This document shows, piece after piece, positions 1-13,575 of a stretch of 64,000 bases of DNA; within the stretch, counting starts at the first letter, position 1; every line of letters starts with the position of its first letter. The notes below the pieces were generated by a model. It was not told the origin of the DNA and ran no database searches. It saw only the letters and a program-made list of their open reading frames with translations. This DNA is from Octopus vulgaris (Eukaryota): NCBI GenBank assembly GCA_951406725.2, contig OX597831.1:14570001-14634000 (forward strand), written 5' to 3'. A program made the position numbers and the translations under genes.

Positions 1-821
1 TGTGTGTGTGCGTGTGTTTTATCTTTTATTTATTTCAATCGTTGACCGATTCACGCCTTACGTTAAGGGATCAAGGGCCGCAGGCTTTGTACAGTCGAAA
101 GAACTAATATCCCTTTCTGCATCAACCTCCTAAACTCGAGATCGGAGATTTTCACGAAATCCAGGCATCTCGACAAGTGTCTGCTGCTGAAGATCACCAA
201 ATTCTACAGGTTCGACACACAGTCTTCCAAACTCTAATATTGAACCCCACCAACCATTGTTTATTCCCATTATAACGCACTGAAATGACACACCTCTTAT
301 CTCCTGCTTTTCTTCAAAGATTATTTTTCCCTGTTTCTTTCTTTTTTTTCTGCAATTTCCTTTCTCCTCATTCTCTCTCTTTCATTCTTGTTTTATCTCA
401 GTGAATAGGCCATGTTCATTTTGAGTCAGAATGATTACAGGTTAATACGCAGCACACAGTATGTGCTTATCTGATTACTGTCCTATCAGAGCATGAAACT
501 TATGGTAGCGCAAAATATATGTATGTATATATATGTGTGTGTTTGTGTGCATGCATCTGTGTGTGCGTATGTATTTATTCATACATTTGTGTCTATATAC
601 ATGTATACATACCTGCACACATGTATACACACACACTTGTATATATACATACATTCATATATATATATATACGTACACATATATAAGTATATACGCAAAC
701 ATATATATATATAAATATCCATATATATATACGTACATAACATATGTATATATGTGTGTATGTATGTGTATATAAATGCGTGTACGTGTGCGTTTGTGTG
801 TGTGAAGAGAGAGAGAGATAG

Positions 822-965
822 ACAAAAACATTGAATGGGAGAAAGTGAGAAAGAGGGGGAAAATGTAAGAAAGGTAGAGACAAAGAAAACAATGAAAGGG
901 AAAAAACAGATTTTGTTCCGGTATTTTTCGTGTTTTGTTGACTCGAATGTTCCAGAATTAACCTC
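822..965 (-). repeat. Dispersed repeat, inverted copy at 10332-10487
   Basis: gaggttaattctggaacattcgagtcaa...aaaaataccggaacaaaatctg...tcaatgtttttgtctatc is shared; the ORF track gives paralogous translations EVNSGTFES. Confidence 0.85.
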
Positions 966-1106
966 ATCGTCCTTCAATTCTGTGTCATTAGTGTCTTAGC
1001 TTGAACAATGCACGCCGACTGAGGGACCGCTTGTGATGCTAGTGTGCTTGCGTGCATGTCTGTGTACGTATGTATATTGCGTATTTCTATCTGGCAAGCC
1101 AGATAA

Positions 1107-1153
<47 letters not shown>

Positions 1154-1226
1154 TGCGTGTGTGTATGTGTGTGTGCGTGTGTGCGTGTGTGTGTGCGTAT
1201 GTATATATGCATATATATATATATGT

Positions 1227-1257
<31 letters not shown>

Positions 1258-1330
1258 GTATATGTATATATGCATATATATGTATATGTACGTATACATA
1301 TTTACATACATACATATACACAGATCAGTA

Positions 1331-1365
<35 letters not shown>

Positions 1366-1394
1366 GTATGTATGTATGTATGTATGTATGTATG

Positions 1395-1425
<31 letters not shown>

Positions 1426-2868
1426 TTATGTAGGCATATACACAGTGGTTCTGTAATGATTGTTTTCCATGTGTGAAACAGTCATGTGACATTCGTATCA
1501 GAAGACATAACGCAACTCACTAAGGAAAAATCAAAAACATACGAATAAAATAATGAAATAATGAAATCTAATGCTTTGGGCTACTTCTACCATTTCTATA
1601 AGCATCGTCACGAAAATACTTAATTTAAGCAGGCCTACGTGATATTTCAAGACCTTACGCATCCGTCACCTCTTGCTGTCTTCATTTCGTAATGTATCTC
1701 ATTACTATTTACGAAATATCGCTTGTGACAAGGAATGCTGGGTAATTTAGTGGTTCTTCATGTTCTTTCTTTTGTCGTTTTTAAATATCCGCCATTGTTT
1801 AAGAAATTCTAAATAAGGAACGCTGTATTATTTCCTTTTCTTTTTGTTCTGGTCAACGCTGATTCAAGATGTCTATTATCGGAGACTTATAGACACGGCC
1901 ATTCCGCTTTTTTCATTCATTGTATTATTTTCAAATAATATACCCAGAACTGCGTCTTATTTTATGCTTGTTACTGCTGTGGTTGCTGCTGCTGTTGTTG
2001 TTGTTGTTGTTCAGTCCTAGGTCAACTTTGATCGAGCAGACCTACGATGAAAGTATTCCGATGTGACCATGATGTAATATGAGGAAAATTTGGCTGCTAC
2101 TTCTGGAATGTTGGCTGACCACATCAGCTCCGCCGTCATTGGCGTGAGCTTCAACGGTGGGACATGAGTTCCATCTTGAGAAATATTATAATAGAACATG
2201 GGGCAAAATAATTTGTAGGTTTTTGATCAGATTTTTATTTTGTTTTGTTATTCTGCGCCATTAAGTCGAATCGACTTAGCTTTTTATTGATAAACTACAT
2301 CGCCATTCTAGAGCGGCGGATTATAGGAAATGCTAGAGTTTTGACTAAGATACAATTAGAGACGAGGAATTATGTGCATTATTTACATTATTTACATTAT
2401 TTATTTTTGATTGATATTTGTTTGTTTTTAACACAATATTTCTTCTCCTCCTCCTCCTCCTCCTCCTCCTCCTTCTTCTTCTTCTTCTCCTCCTCCTCCT
2501 TCTTCTTCTTCTTCTTCTTCTCCTCCTCCTCCTCCTCCTTCTTCTTCTTCTTCTTCTTCTTCTTCTCCTCCTTCTTCTTCTACTTCTTCTTCTTCTTCTT
2601 CTCATTATTTCATTGCGTCTAATCTTGAAAATTCCTATTTAGCTCTGTGGAGGCATCTCGCAATTTTCTCCGCATGATTGTTCACCAAGTTCTCATCACT
2701 CAGCCTGATACACAATGCTTCCTCAAGACAAAGGTCGTATTAAATGGGTGTGCGTTTCTTTTTTATTATTTTCCTTCCTTTAATTTCCCCTCACCTCTTC
2801 TCCACCACCCCGTTCATAGTGGTCTATCTCTCTCTCTCTATCTATCTCTCTGTATATATATATATGTC

Positions 2869-3043
2869 TATATTTAAGAGATAAGGAATTATGTACACTA
2901 TTTACATTATTTACATTTGACGAATATTTGTCCTCATCTTGTTTGTTGTTAACACAACGTTTCGGCTGATATACCCTCCAGTCTTCATCAGGTGTCTTGG
3001 GGAAATTTCGAACCTGGGTTCTCATTCCTAAGGTATTTTACGA

Positions 3044-3131
<88 letters not shown>

Positions 3132-3197
3132 TTCACTGCCTTGAATCGAACTCAGAATCTTGGGGTTACTAGCTCTTAACCACTACTCAATATGCCC
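2869..3197 (-). mobile_element. Second copy of the tRNA-head/(AAT)n/hammerhead composite, followed by an inverted partial copy (3199-3300)
   Basis: Reverse complement of 16901-17255. The inverted 3' half directly abuts the tRNA head. Confidence 0.78.
2951..2996 (-). ncRNA. Hammerhead ribozyme motif (intact core, one stem II mismatch)
   Basis: Minus strand reads GACAC CUGAUGA A GACUG..CAGCC GAAA CG UU GUGUU. Confidence 0.7.
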
Positions 3198-4900
3198 GAA
3201 GACACATAATGAAGGCTGGAGGGTACATCAGTCGAAACGTTGTGTTAACAACAAACAAGATGAAGATAAATATCAGTCAAATGTAAATAATGTAAATAAT
3301 CGTCTAAGATATCTGGCGGTATCAACTCCGTTTTTGTGCGTTCTGAGATCCTTGGCGTTTGATTTAATCCGTCTCTCGGCTTAACACCACGAGAATATGG
3401 TCCTGTAGATCGTTAGTTGCCTTTAGGAATGGATTCCATTATTATAGGAACCATTTGAATTCGATCGCAGGTATGGAGCTAGCTTCCTTTCTTTTCCACC
3501 CTGTAGTCCGGAAAATCCTGCAAAGATCGGGTCATGGACGCTGCCCTTTTCCACTGAATACAGAGTTTTTGTACGGTTTGTTTTGTTTTCTCCTATGGCT
3601 ATTGTCAATGTCAGGTAGGGTGTTGGGTGGTGTGTGGTTATCACCACACCAAGATCTTTTTAATTTTCCAAATATTTTATTTACCCACGTTGCCAAGTTT
3701 GCAGGTCTTTTATCTTTTGCTTCTTTCAGTCATTAGACCGCGGCCATGCTGGGGCAGCGCCTTGTAGAAGTTTTAGGTGGACGAATCGATCACTCTATTG
3801 ACGAATTGCTACCGGACGACAGTAACAAACATAAACACACTCATATACACAGAACATACAAATATAAATATGTGTGTGTATTGTATATATAAATGTAAAT
3901 ATATATGTATACATGTATTATATATGCATGCATGTGTGTTTGTATGTATTACCTATCTATATACGTATATTTTTCTCTCACTCCCTTTTGTCCCCGCGCA
4001 CGTATATATATACTTGAATAATAAATACTATATAATATATATACATATATATACATGCATATTTGGGTACAGCACGTCAGCCACAGTGCAAATAACATGA
4101 AATACTTAAACAACGAGAATAAAAAAGGTAAACAGGACAAGTTAACACAGAGAAAGGAGTGTTCACCGGTTGTCGGCTGTTCATCTACTCCCCATTTCAA
4201 GCATTCAACGACAATATGTGTCTTTAAAGACAGTTACACCCATAAATTCTAAAATAAAATTTAAGATTTATGGAAGGTCAAAGTTGAGAGCAAAAAATGA
4301 CAGTGGAAACATACAAGTTCGGTTTCCTTGTAAGTCTCCACTGGCTTGTATTCGTTCGATTTCCTTCCATGACTTCACTGTCTCCGAGGAAGCTATAAGG
4401 AAATACACAGGGATCCAGCTTTGAGTGTACTGTAGAAACAGGTGTAAGCTAATGAAATTGATTTTTAGCATCTTTATCGTTTAATTTCGTAAATACACGT
4501 ACACACACATGCACAAAAAAAAAGAAAAAGATTTTCCCAACACATTTTGTATTGAAGTTGTACAAAGTAATTTATCTAGACTCAACCGTATCTTACTCTG
4601 GTATGCTTGACACACATTCATACTTAGAAAGATTTACTACACATAAAACACGCATTTGTAAAAGCTTCCAGTCTATTATTTGGACATATTATTTAGTATT
4701 TCACGTTGAAAATCACTTACTGCCAAACGAAGGGAAAGAATACGATTTTTATAGTTAGCTGAGTTAGCCATGGGATCATCGTTGTAACCAGTAATTGCCA
4801 TTTTCGTCATGAAAAAGTTACTTCACAATATATGAACAACCGAAACTAATAAATCCGTATTAATAACTGCTGTGTAGCGGCATAGCATTGCCGTATAATG

Positions 4901-4994
<94 letters not shown>

Positions 4995-5060
4995 TGTGTG
5001 TGTGTGAGTGTCTGTGTGTGTATGTGTATGTGTGTGTGTCTCTGTGTGTATATATATATC

Positions 5061-5118
<58 letters not shown>

Positions 5119-5286
5119 CACATACATATATATATATATATACAGAGAGAGAGAGGATATATGTACATATATATATGTGTGTGTATGTACGTGTATGTAT
5201 ATATACACTCATATATATTGTACACACATACTTATACAAGTGCGCTGTATTTTGTATGTACGTACATGTGTGAGAGTCATTACATG

Positions 5287-5333
<47 letters not shown>

Positions 5334-5645
5334 GTGTGTGCGTGTTTATGCGGGTGTATGTGCATATATGCAGGTGTATATCAGTGTGTGTATGTGTGGG
5401 AACCGATCATATCGTATCTCTTCACATAATAAATACATAGAAGACACTCAGAACATCGCTCCCGCCCGGTTTCTGTCATTTCTACGGCTGTGAACATTCT
5501 TTATCGCCGCCATTGCCTGAATAAATATAAAGGCAGCCATCTTTAACACTTGCTTGTTTCCCAGCACTGCTAATGGTTTTTTTTTCTCTATCTGCAAGAC
5601 CAGTCGTTCATAGAAACTAGCAATCTTAGCAGAATTAACAATGGG

Positions 5646-5693
<48 letters not shown>

Positions 5694-6293
5694 ACATACA
5701 GGCACGCAAACAATCACACACATAGAAACGCACACGCATATATGTATACATTTACACTCATACGCACACTCAAACACACACCGAAACTACATGCACATAC
5801 ACACACGCACACACACACACATATAAATGCACGTATGAACTAATATAAATATATATATGCATATGAATATTTATATATATATACTTACGTCTATGTATAT
5901 ATAGAAATATTTATATATACCCAAGCATAGATACGCACATCCGTATCTACTCACGTATATGTGTATGTAAATAAGCTTGTATGTATGTATGTATGCTGGT
6001 AAGTACGTATGTATGTTTATAGACGCATCTATCTGTCTATGTATCTATCTATCCATATATATATATATATATATATAAAAATTATTACATTATATAAAAG
6101 GGCTTAGTAAAATAAATTACTTTGCCGCATACTGAACTCATTAGAAATAGCAGCTAAAAAAAACTTTTTTAAAAAACTTTTTCAAAAACTATTTCCAATA
6201 CTTAAAGAAAACCTCTCTCATATAGTGTTTGCTCAATTCAACTCACGAAAGTATGGGGGTAGAGACATTAAAAAATCAAATGCAAAGGTTATT

Positions 6294-6346
6294 TGAGAAC
6301 GTACGTTTCAAGATTAGTCAAAATCGACACTTCTATCATCAGCTCA
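6294..6346 (-). ncRNA. Minimal type I hammerhead ribozyme (array unit 1)
   Basis: Minus strand reads UGAG CUGAUGA [uagaagugucgauuuugacuaaucuu] GAAA CGUACG UU CUCA: 4-bp stem I, intact core, imperfect stem II, palindromic stem III, GUU triplet. Confidence 0.75.
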
Positions 6347-6862
6347 GAACTCCCTGGTTTGGATTTGAAAACACTGAAAGTGGGAGCATACCCTTTCGGC
6401 TTGTTATCACTTCTGAAGATCTGCTCAAAACTAACAGTACCAGCAAATTCAAATATGCAAGCGAAGAATTTCTGCTCTCCTTTCCACCAGCGTGGGTTAA
6501 AATCAGCAAACACTATGCTTTTTTCGGTAAAATCCGAGGCATTATATAGAGAGAGATGAATTATAATTTCAACAATTGAGGGTAAAATTAATTAATTAAT
6601 CAATTTCACCAAGTATTCAGTATACAAAGGGACCATTTAAGGCGAATTCAAATTATTACATTATATAAAAGGGCTTAGTAAAATAAATTACTTTGCCGCA
6701 TACTGAACTCATTAGAAATAGCAGCTAAAAAAACTTTTTTAAAAAACTTTTCAAAAACTATTTCCAATACTTAAAGAAAACCTCTCTCATATAGTGTTTG
6801 CTCAATTCAACTCACGAAAGTATGGGGGTAGAGACATTAAAAAATCAAATGCAAAGGTTATT

Positions 6863-6915
6863 TGAGAACGTACGTTTCAAGATTAGTCAAAATCGACACT
6901 TCTATCATCAGCTCA
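6863..6915 (-). ncRNA. Minimal type I hammerhead ribozyme (array unit 2)
   Basis: Identical motif 569 bp from the unit 1 copy. Confidence 0.75.
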
Positions 6916-7570
6916 GAACTCCCTGGTTTGGATTTGAAAACACTGAAAGTGGGAGCATACCCTTTCGGCTTGTTATCACTTCTGAAGATCTGCTCAAAAC
7001 TAACAGTACTACAAGTGTCGATTTTGACTAATCTTGAAACGTACGTTCTCAAATAACCTTTGCATTTGATTTTTTAATGTCTCTACCCCCATACTTTCGT
7101 GAGTTGAATTGAGCAAACACTATATGAGAGAGGTTTTCTTTAAGTATTGGAAATAGTTTTTGAAAAAGTTTTTTAAAAAAGTTTTTTTAGCTGCTATTTC
7201 TAATGAGTTCAGTATGCGGCAAAGTAATTTATTTTACTAAGCCCTTTTATATAATGTAATAATTTGAATTCGCCTTAAATGGTCCCTTTGTATACTGAAT
7301 ACTTGGTGAAATTGATTAATTAATTAATTTTACCCTCAATTGTTGAAATTATAATTCATCTCTCTCTATATAATGCCTCGGATTTTACCGAAAAAAGCAT
7401 AGTGTTTGCTGATTTTAACCCACGCTGGTGGAAAGGGGAGAGCAGAAATTCTTCGCTTGCATATTTGAATTTGCTGGTACTGTTAGTTTTGAGCAGATCT
7501 TCAGAAGTGATAACAAGCCGAAAGGGTATGCTCCCACTTTCAGTGTTTTCAAATCCAAACCAGGGAGTTC

Positions 7571-7623
7571 TGAGCTGATGATAGAAGTGTCGATTTTGAC
7601 TAATCTTGAAACGTACGTTCTCA
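7571..7623 (+). ncRNA. Minimal type I hammerhead ribozyme (inverted arm)
   Basis: tgag ctgatga ... gaaa cgtacg tt ctca read directly on +. A 3'-half-only copy lies at the inversion junction 7013-7051. Confidence 0.75.
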
Positions 7624-7915
7624 AATAACCTTTGCATTTGATTTTTTAATGTCTCTACCCCCATACTTTCGTGAGTTGAATTGAGCAAACACTATATGAG
7701 AGAGGTTTTCTTTAAGTATTGGAAATAGTTTTTGAAAAAGTTTTTAAAAAAGTTTTTTAGCTGCTATTTCTAATGAGTTCAGTATGCGGCAAAGTAATTT
7801 ATTTTACTAAGCCCTTTTATATAATGTAATAATTTGAATTCGCCTTAAATGGTCCCTTTGTATACTGAATACTTGGTGAAATTGATTAATTAATTAATTT
7901 TACCCTCAATTGTTG

Positions 7916-7953
<38 letters not shown>

Positions 7954-7965
7954 GTGTGTGTGTGT

Positions 7966-8215
7966 GGAAGCGTGTGGCTTAGTGGATAGGCTGTCAGCAT
8001 CATGATCGTAAGATTGTGATTTCGATTCCTGGAACGGGCGACGCGGTGCGTTCTTGAGCAAAACACTTCATTTCACGTTGCTCCAGTCCACTCAGCTGGC
8101 AAAAATGAGTAACGCTGCGATGGACTGGCGTCCCGTCCAGCTGGGGAACACATACACCAAAGAAACCGGGAAACCGGGCCCATGAGCCTCGCTAGGCTTT
8201 AAAAGGGCGCATTTA
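7966..8215 (+). mobile_element. tRNA-derived SINE
   Basis: A box tggcttagtgg, B box tttcgattcc, central ttcttgagcaaaacacttcatttcacgttgctccagt. Related copies at about 21818-22105, 22516-22780, 40657-40945 and 49320-49430. Confidence 0.75.
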
Positions 8216-9303
8216 TTTATTATCTTATGTATATATATATATATATATGAAGTAATTATCGCTGCTATGTGATATGAAGTTTCCTACCAGGATCATGTAA
8301 GCTACGGTAAAAAAAAAAGGAAAGGAAGAGAAGAACAATAAAGAATAATATAAAAGGAAAGAAGAAAAAGAAGGGAAATCTCTAAGTGATCCAACAGAAA
8401 TTTGTGTTCTTGCGAAATTTATCTCCTGCGCCTCACCATTATTGCAAACATAAGCGATTTCATTGAAATTAATCTGACTTCGCCGTTAATGGCTTTCGCC
8501 GCTGCTTCCTCACCACTCACGGCTTTGTGGTATCTGTTGACGAATGGTATTTTCTATTACTCTCAACGTCAGACCATCTGTAATGCAATACTGTCACCGG
8601 ACACTATTTATTTACCATTGATGTAACAGTCCACCGTGGTTGACACCACTAATTAGGTGTTCTGGGCTTGGCTGGTTTATGTTTAGTGGGTGGTGTGTTT
8701 GGACTTGAGTTGACCCGAGTGACGACAGGGTGGTAGTGGTTGTGGTTGTGGTGGGGTGTTTGGGCTTGAGTTGACTCGAGTGATGATGAGGGGGGGTAGT
8801 GGTGGTGGTTGTGGTGGTGGGCCGGATGGGTCGCTAATCAACATTATCATCGAGAATGATAAACAGCAGCAACAACAGCAGCAACAACAACAACGCTATC
8901 TCCGTCATCACCAGTTCCATCATCTTCATCGTCGTCGCCATCGTTGCTGCTGTCTTCGTTAACGTCATCTTGCCTTCCCCCTCCCCTCCCCTTCTTCATC
9001 CCCCTCTTCCTCCTCCTTTCCCCTCTTTCTCCTCATTTTCCCCTTCTTCCCCTCTTCCCCCTCTTCATCCCCTCTTCTCCCTTTTCCTCCTCCTCTTCCC
9101 TTCCTCCTCTTCCCTCTCTTCCTCTTCCCTTCCTCCTCTTCCCTCCCTCCCTCCTCCTCCCTTCCTCATACTTTCTTGTTTCCTTCTCCTCCTCCTCCTC
9201 CTCCTCATCATCATCATCATCATGAACTTCCTTCTTATCGTCGTCGTCGTCATCATCATCGCTATCTTCAACATGGCGTGGCTGTCTGTTAAGAAGTTTG
9301 TTT

Positions 9304-9646
9304 ACCAACCACCACCACCACCACCACCACCACCACCACCTCCACCACCACAACCAACAACAACAACAACAACACCTTCGTGAGCGTCGGCAACAACAAA
9401 ATCCTTCCCTTGGCTAACACTACGATTGGCGACGATGACGATCACCACCACCACCACCACCACCACCACCACCACCACCACCACCACCACCACCACCACC
9501 ACCACCACCACCACCACCACCACCACCCACCGTCACCACCACCACCACTATCACCACCACCATCACCACCACCACCACCACCACCACCACCACCACCACC
9601 ACCACCACCACCACCACCACCACCACCACCACCACCACCACCACCA
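9304..9646. repeat. (ACC)n tracts within a low-complexity region (about 8790-9650)
   Basis: Read directly from the sequence. Confidence 0.95.
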
Positions 9647-10508
9647 GTCACCATCAGTTATTATCCCGATCACATTTTACTATCGTGTTTAATGAAGGAA
9701 CGGACATATTACCAAATACATGAATTAATAATTCATTGCGCAGCGGTTTTTGGTAATCAGAAACCTAATATGATGTAAGGTATATCTTCGTTGATAAACT
9801 GGCAATTTTGGTCTCGCTCCGAAAAGCTAACCCGAGTGCTTACGTCACTAAAAATTGTTTCTATCAGTCTGTAGGTTATAAAAGGCATCAATTTGATTAA
9901 TTTCTAGTCTTCTTCACCAGAGAAAGAATGGCTAATTACTCTCTCTTGAAGAGCTAAATAACAAAATAGTACACTTTAAAGAACTATACATTGTTTATCT
10001 TGCCGTCATTAGAGGATGGCTTAACTTTCTCTGATGATGATCGAAGAATCCTAGAAACTAGTCACGTTTCAATACTTTTATTTTCTGCCTACGGAAAGAT
10101 AAGGCTTGTGATGAACAAGCGCTTTGTTTTCACTTTCTGTTGCAAGGTTAAAGCTGAATGTTTATTACAAGAATAAATAATAATAAACCTTAATTTTTTA
10201 ATTATCCTACCAAAAATGTTGTTTAGTAAACTATGAAATTTTTTTTTGTAATAATATTGTTATTGTCTTGTTACTTACATGTATACATATATATATTACA
10301 ACAGCGAAAAGAGATCTTCCCAAAGTCTATCGAGGTTAATTCTGGAACATTCGAGTCAATAAAATACGAAAAATACCGGAACAAAATCTGGTTTTTCCTT
10401 TTCACTGTTTTCTTTGTCTACCTTTCTTACATTTTCCCCCTCTTTCTCGCTTTCTCTCATTCAATGTTTTTGTCTATATCTCTTTCTCCCCCCACACACA
10501 CACGAACA

Positions 10509-10563
<55 letters not shown>

Positions 10564-10674
10564 CATACATACACACACACGTATCTATACATATACATAC
10601 ACACATTTTGTTTTACGGTCACTCGTTTGCTAGGAATAAAAACCGAAATATCACTTAAATCATATTTCGTCTCT

Positions 10675-10860
10675 GGATTTGGTTTGCAAGATTCTTTATA
10701 TGAGTTCGTGTGTTGAAGCATATTCTGTTGTGTCTGCGGAGAGTCATTTTCTTTTTGTGCCTTATTATTTAACACACTCACCGGTAAAATTTCCACTTAT
10801 TTCTTATTTTTATTTTCCTAAAATTTTCGTTGCCTCTTGCAACCTTTTCAATAGTGAAGA
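10675..10860 (-). repeat. Dispersed repeat, also present at 44888-45136 with an inverted partial copy
   Basis: Shared gagagtcattttctttttgtgcctta...ccggtaaaatttccacttatttc...tgcaaccttttcaat. The ORF track shows paralogous translations (MEILPVSVL.../CKILYMSS...). Confidence 0.8.
10818..10854 (-). ncRNA. Hammerhead-like motif with U3-A8 core variant
   Basis: Minus strand reads CUA UUGAAAA G GUUGC aagag GCAAC GAAA AU UU UAG. A paralogous, more decayed copy at 44981-45017 keeps UUGAAAA. Confidence 0.55.
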
Positions 10861-12387
10861 CTATTAAATCAGACACTTTAATCATATAATCAAAAAAGGA
10901 GGGGGTACTTCAGATAATCTAGTGATAAGTTTGTGATGGTGAATCGTTTTAGACCGCTGTGTGGCAATGATAATCCTGCTTTTGGAGCGTTACTTACATA
11001 TTTTAGTTTGCAGTAAATGCTTCAAATGAAGTTACTCAGAACATAAGACTACCACGCAGACAGTTTCTTTCTTTCTTTTTCAAGGTCCATCTTGTGTCAC
11101 TTGCAAGCTTGCGGTATGCCATTGCTGACACGCGTGGTGTAGGTTCGCTTCACGGTTTTACATACGATATATCAGAAAACACGTGATGGTCACGGATTGA
11201 TCGCTTTTTATCATTGATGTGTTTGGTCAGGTATAAGCTGGGGTTAACTAATAATGATGACCACAACAACAACAACAATAAAAGCACCAGCTGCATAATA
11301 TTTCTCTCAGCTAACATTAGCCATTTGTTGATTCTTTTCCAATTATTTTGAAATTCGCAGACAGAAACTCAGAGAAACAATCTTCTTCTTTTATTGTTTT
11401 AATTGTTTCAGTCATTCGACTGCGGCCATGCTGGGGCACCGCCTTGAAGCATTTTAGTCGAACAAATCGACCACAGGGGTTAATTTTTAAGCCCGGCACT
11501 TATTCTATCGGTCTCTTTTGATGATTACGGGGACGTAAACATACCAACACCGGTTGTCAGGCGGTGATGGGGAACAAATACACACGCGCGCGTGCAAGCA
11601 CACACATATACAGTGATCTTCTTTAAGTATCCGTTTACCGAGGCTAAAGTAGAAGTCACTTGCCCTACGTGCCACGGAGTGGGACTGAACCCGGAACCAA
11701 GCTTCTTACCACACAGCCACGCTTTACGTCGTAACTACTTGGTGTCGAGTTCAGTCCGGCGAGACACTTTGAACAAGTTTTTTTTTGTTCATCTTATATA
11801 GGTTAGGACCGACTAGAATCCTATTGAATGAAATTTGGTAGACGGAAATTGTAAGGAAGCTGGTCAGCGATAGTTTCTGATGGCAACACTGAGTTCATCC
11901 ATCGCCCGGCTTCACACCACCACCTAATTCTCGGTATCATTGGTGGAGTTCCCTTTGTTGCTGATATTTGTGTCAGATTCCTAATCGGAGAAAAACAGCC
12001 TCCCACTGAGGCCCGGTTTGACACCCTCACATGGTTTGGGATGCCTTTGATTGAGTCCCATCTATTGTAAACATTCGGGTCAGGTCTTCAGTCTCAGAAA
12101 CATCCTTTCCCTTTATTTCAGGGCTGGTTTGACATAATCCCTTGGTTCTGGGGCCTTTGGCGGAGTCTTCTGTATTGGAAACCCACGCATAAGGGCTCTA
12201 GTTTATAGAAAATACAAACTTTTTATTTCAAGTCCTGATATAAAGTATTATACTGGTTGCCTTTCTGCTTTTGACTAAACGATAAAAATTAAAACCAGAA
12301 AATTGATTTTAAAAATGAGCTTCAATTAATATGACCTCCTGTCTGACACTGTTTTATTTTTTTGTTTTTCAGTTGATGCAATCCTAA

Positions 12388-13561
12388 ATGAGGCCCATTC
12401 AAACAACCCTGTTACTATTAGCACTATGTGTGTACGGAGCACTGAGCGTGATTCGGAAAAAAAGAAGCATTTTAGATACGGCCGAAAATCCGAGCGACCT
12501 GCATGAAGCTTTGCGTGTACTTGAACGTGAAAGGCGGCGTTTTCAATTGCATGCAGCCGACGAGGTACTCCCTCAGGAAGGCATACAATATCAAAATCAA
12601 CCGATCATAGTTGATAATCAAGGGGATGACAATGACGTCGTTGATGAAGTTGATGAAGACGAGGAGGAGGATAGTGAAAATGTAGGAAGTCTGAATGATG
12701 CAAATTCTGATAACTTGCTCTACTACGGTCCGGAACAAGCTCGTGACGTACAAAGTTTGATGAGTCAGATTGAAGAAGACCCTTTAGAACGAGCAGGCGA
12801 TCGTGACAGACGTTTGAATTCATTCGGGCTCTCAGATGCAAAAGACGATCTAGCCTTAGATAAGAGGCCTTCACTTGATTCAGATTATAAAAGGCTTTAT
12901 AAAAAGTACGCCAAGAAAATGGCTAAGCGAAATAACTTGACGCCAGAAAACGCCGACGCTGTGGAATCTACATTTAACAACTTAACGCCAGAAGAAATTG
13001 AAAACTTAATTTTACTCGCCGGTCGTTTGCAAAATCGAGAAATCGAAAAGAAGCTAAACATGGATGACTTAACATCTGATAAAAAACGGGACCGAAAGCG
13101 AGGAAAATTTGAAGAAGCAGACGACAGAAACACGCTGAGTGCAGCTGAACTGCGGGATTTGATACAAAACAACGCCATGTCAGACGATATTGATGAGTCA
13201 ACAACAGAAGATGGTTATGGAAGCCGGCAATTTCAGAGAGAAATGGAAGACGAACCAGGAGATAATCTTATTGTTGATGACCAGTCGAATAGCGATTTGA
13301 TGGAGATGAGCATCGGTGATCTGGCGAAATTAGACAAACTACAGCGTCTGCAAAAACAATTCATGAAAGATGCTGAGATTGCTGAGGAAAACAGCTTGAA
13401 TGAACAGGATGAAAATAAAGATGAGAGCTGGGTGCCACAGCAGAGCAGCATGGCAGAAGACTTGGTTCCTGTTTCTGATTCACTGCAAGGAGAGGATGGG
13501 GATGAGGAAGAATCATCAGATTTTAATGCTGAAAATCAAGAAATAGGAACACCAGATATAG
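12388..13561 (+). CDS. First coding exon of a secreted acidic granin-/prohormone-like precursor
   Basis: Polypyrimidine acceptor ttttttgtttttcag ends at 12372 and the ATG is at 12388. Hydrophobic signal peptide MRPIQTTLLLLALCVYGALS is followed by furin-type RKKR. D/E-rich with many KR/RR/KK sites. Donor G|gtttgt at 13561/13562 (phase 1) lies just before the ORF stop and joins in frame to the next exon. Confidence 0.88.
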
Positions 13562-13575
13562 GTTTGTAAACTCAT

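Larger units (their letters stand above)
6078..7919. mobile_element. Tandem (~570 bp unit) plus inverted repeat array, one hammerhead per unit; Penelope pseudo-LTR/retrozyme-like
   Basis: Unit 6081-6650 repeats directly to ~7010. 7013-7919 is the reverse complement of about 1.6 units. Flanked by (TA)n on both sides; copies are nearly identical. Confidence 0.85.

Noticed and set aside
920-975. Hammerhead-like remnant on minus strand in the 822/10332 repeat
   Set aside because: Both core segments are mutated (acgatga, aaaa); insufficient support.
6229-7688. Repeated 60-110 aa ORFs in the tandem/inverted array
   Set aside because: Alternative starts, frames that change between copies at homopolymers, and no recognisable domain. 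The unit is better explained as non-coding ribozyme-bearing RNA.
12466-12560. SILD...DLHEALRVLERERRR as an ELH/CRH/DH44-like or secretogranin II-like peptide
   Set aside because: Only generic amphipathic-helix resemblance and no amidated C-terminus at the expected distance, so no gene symbol was assigned.
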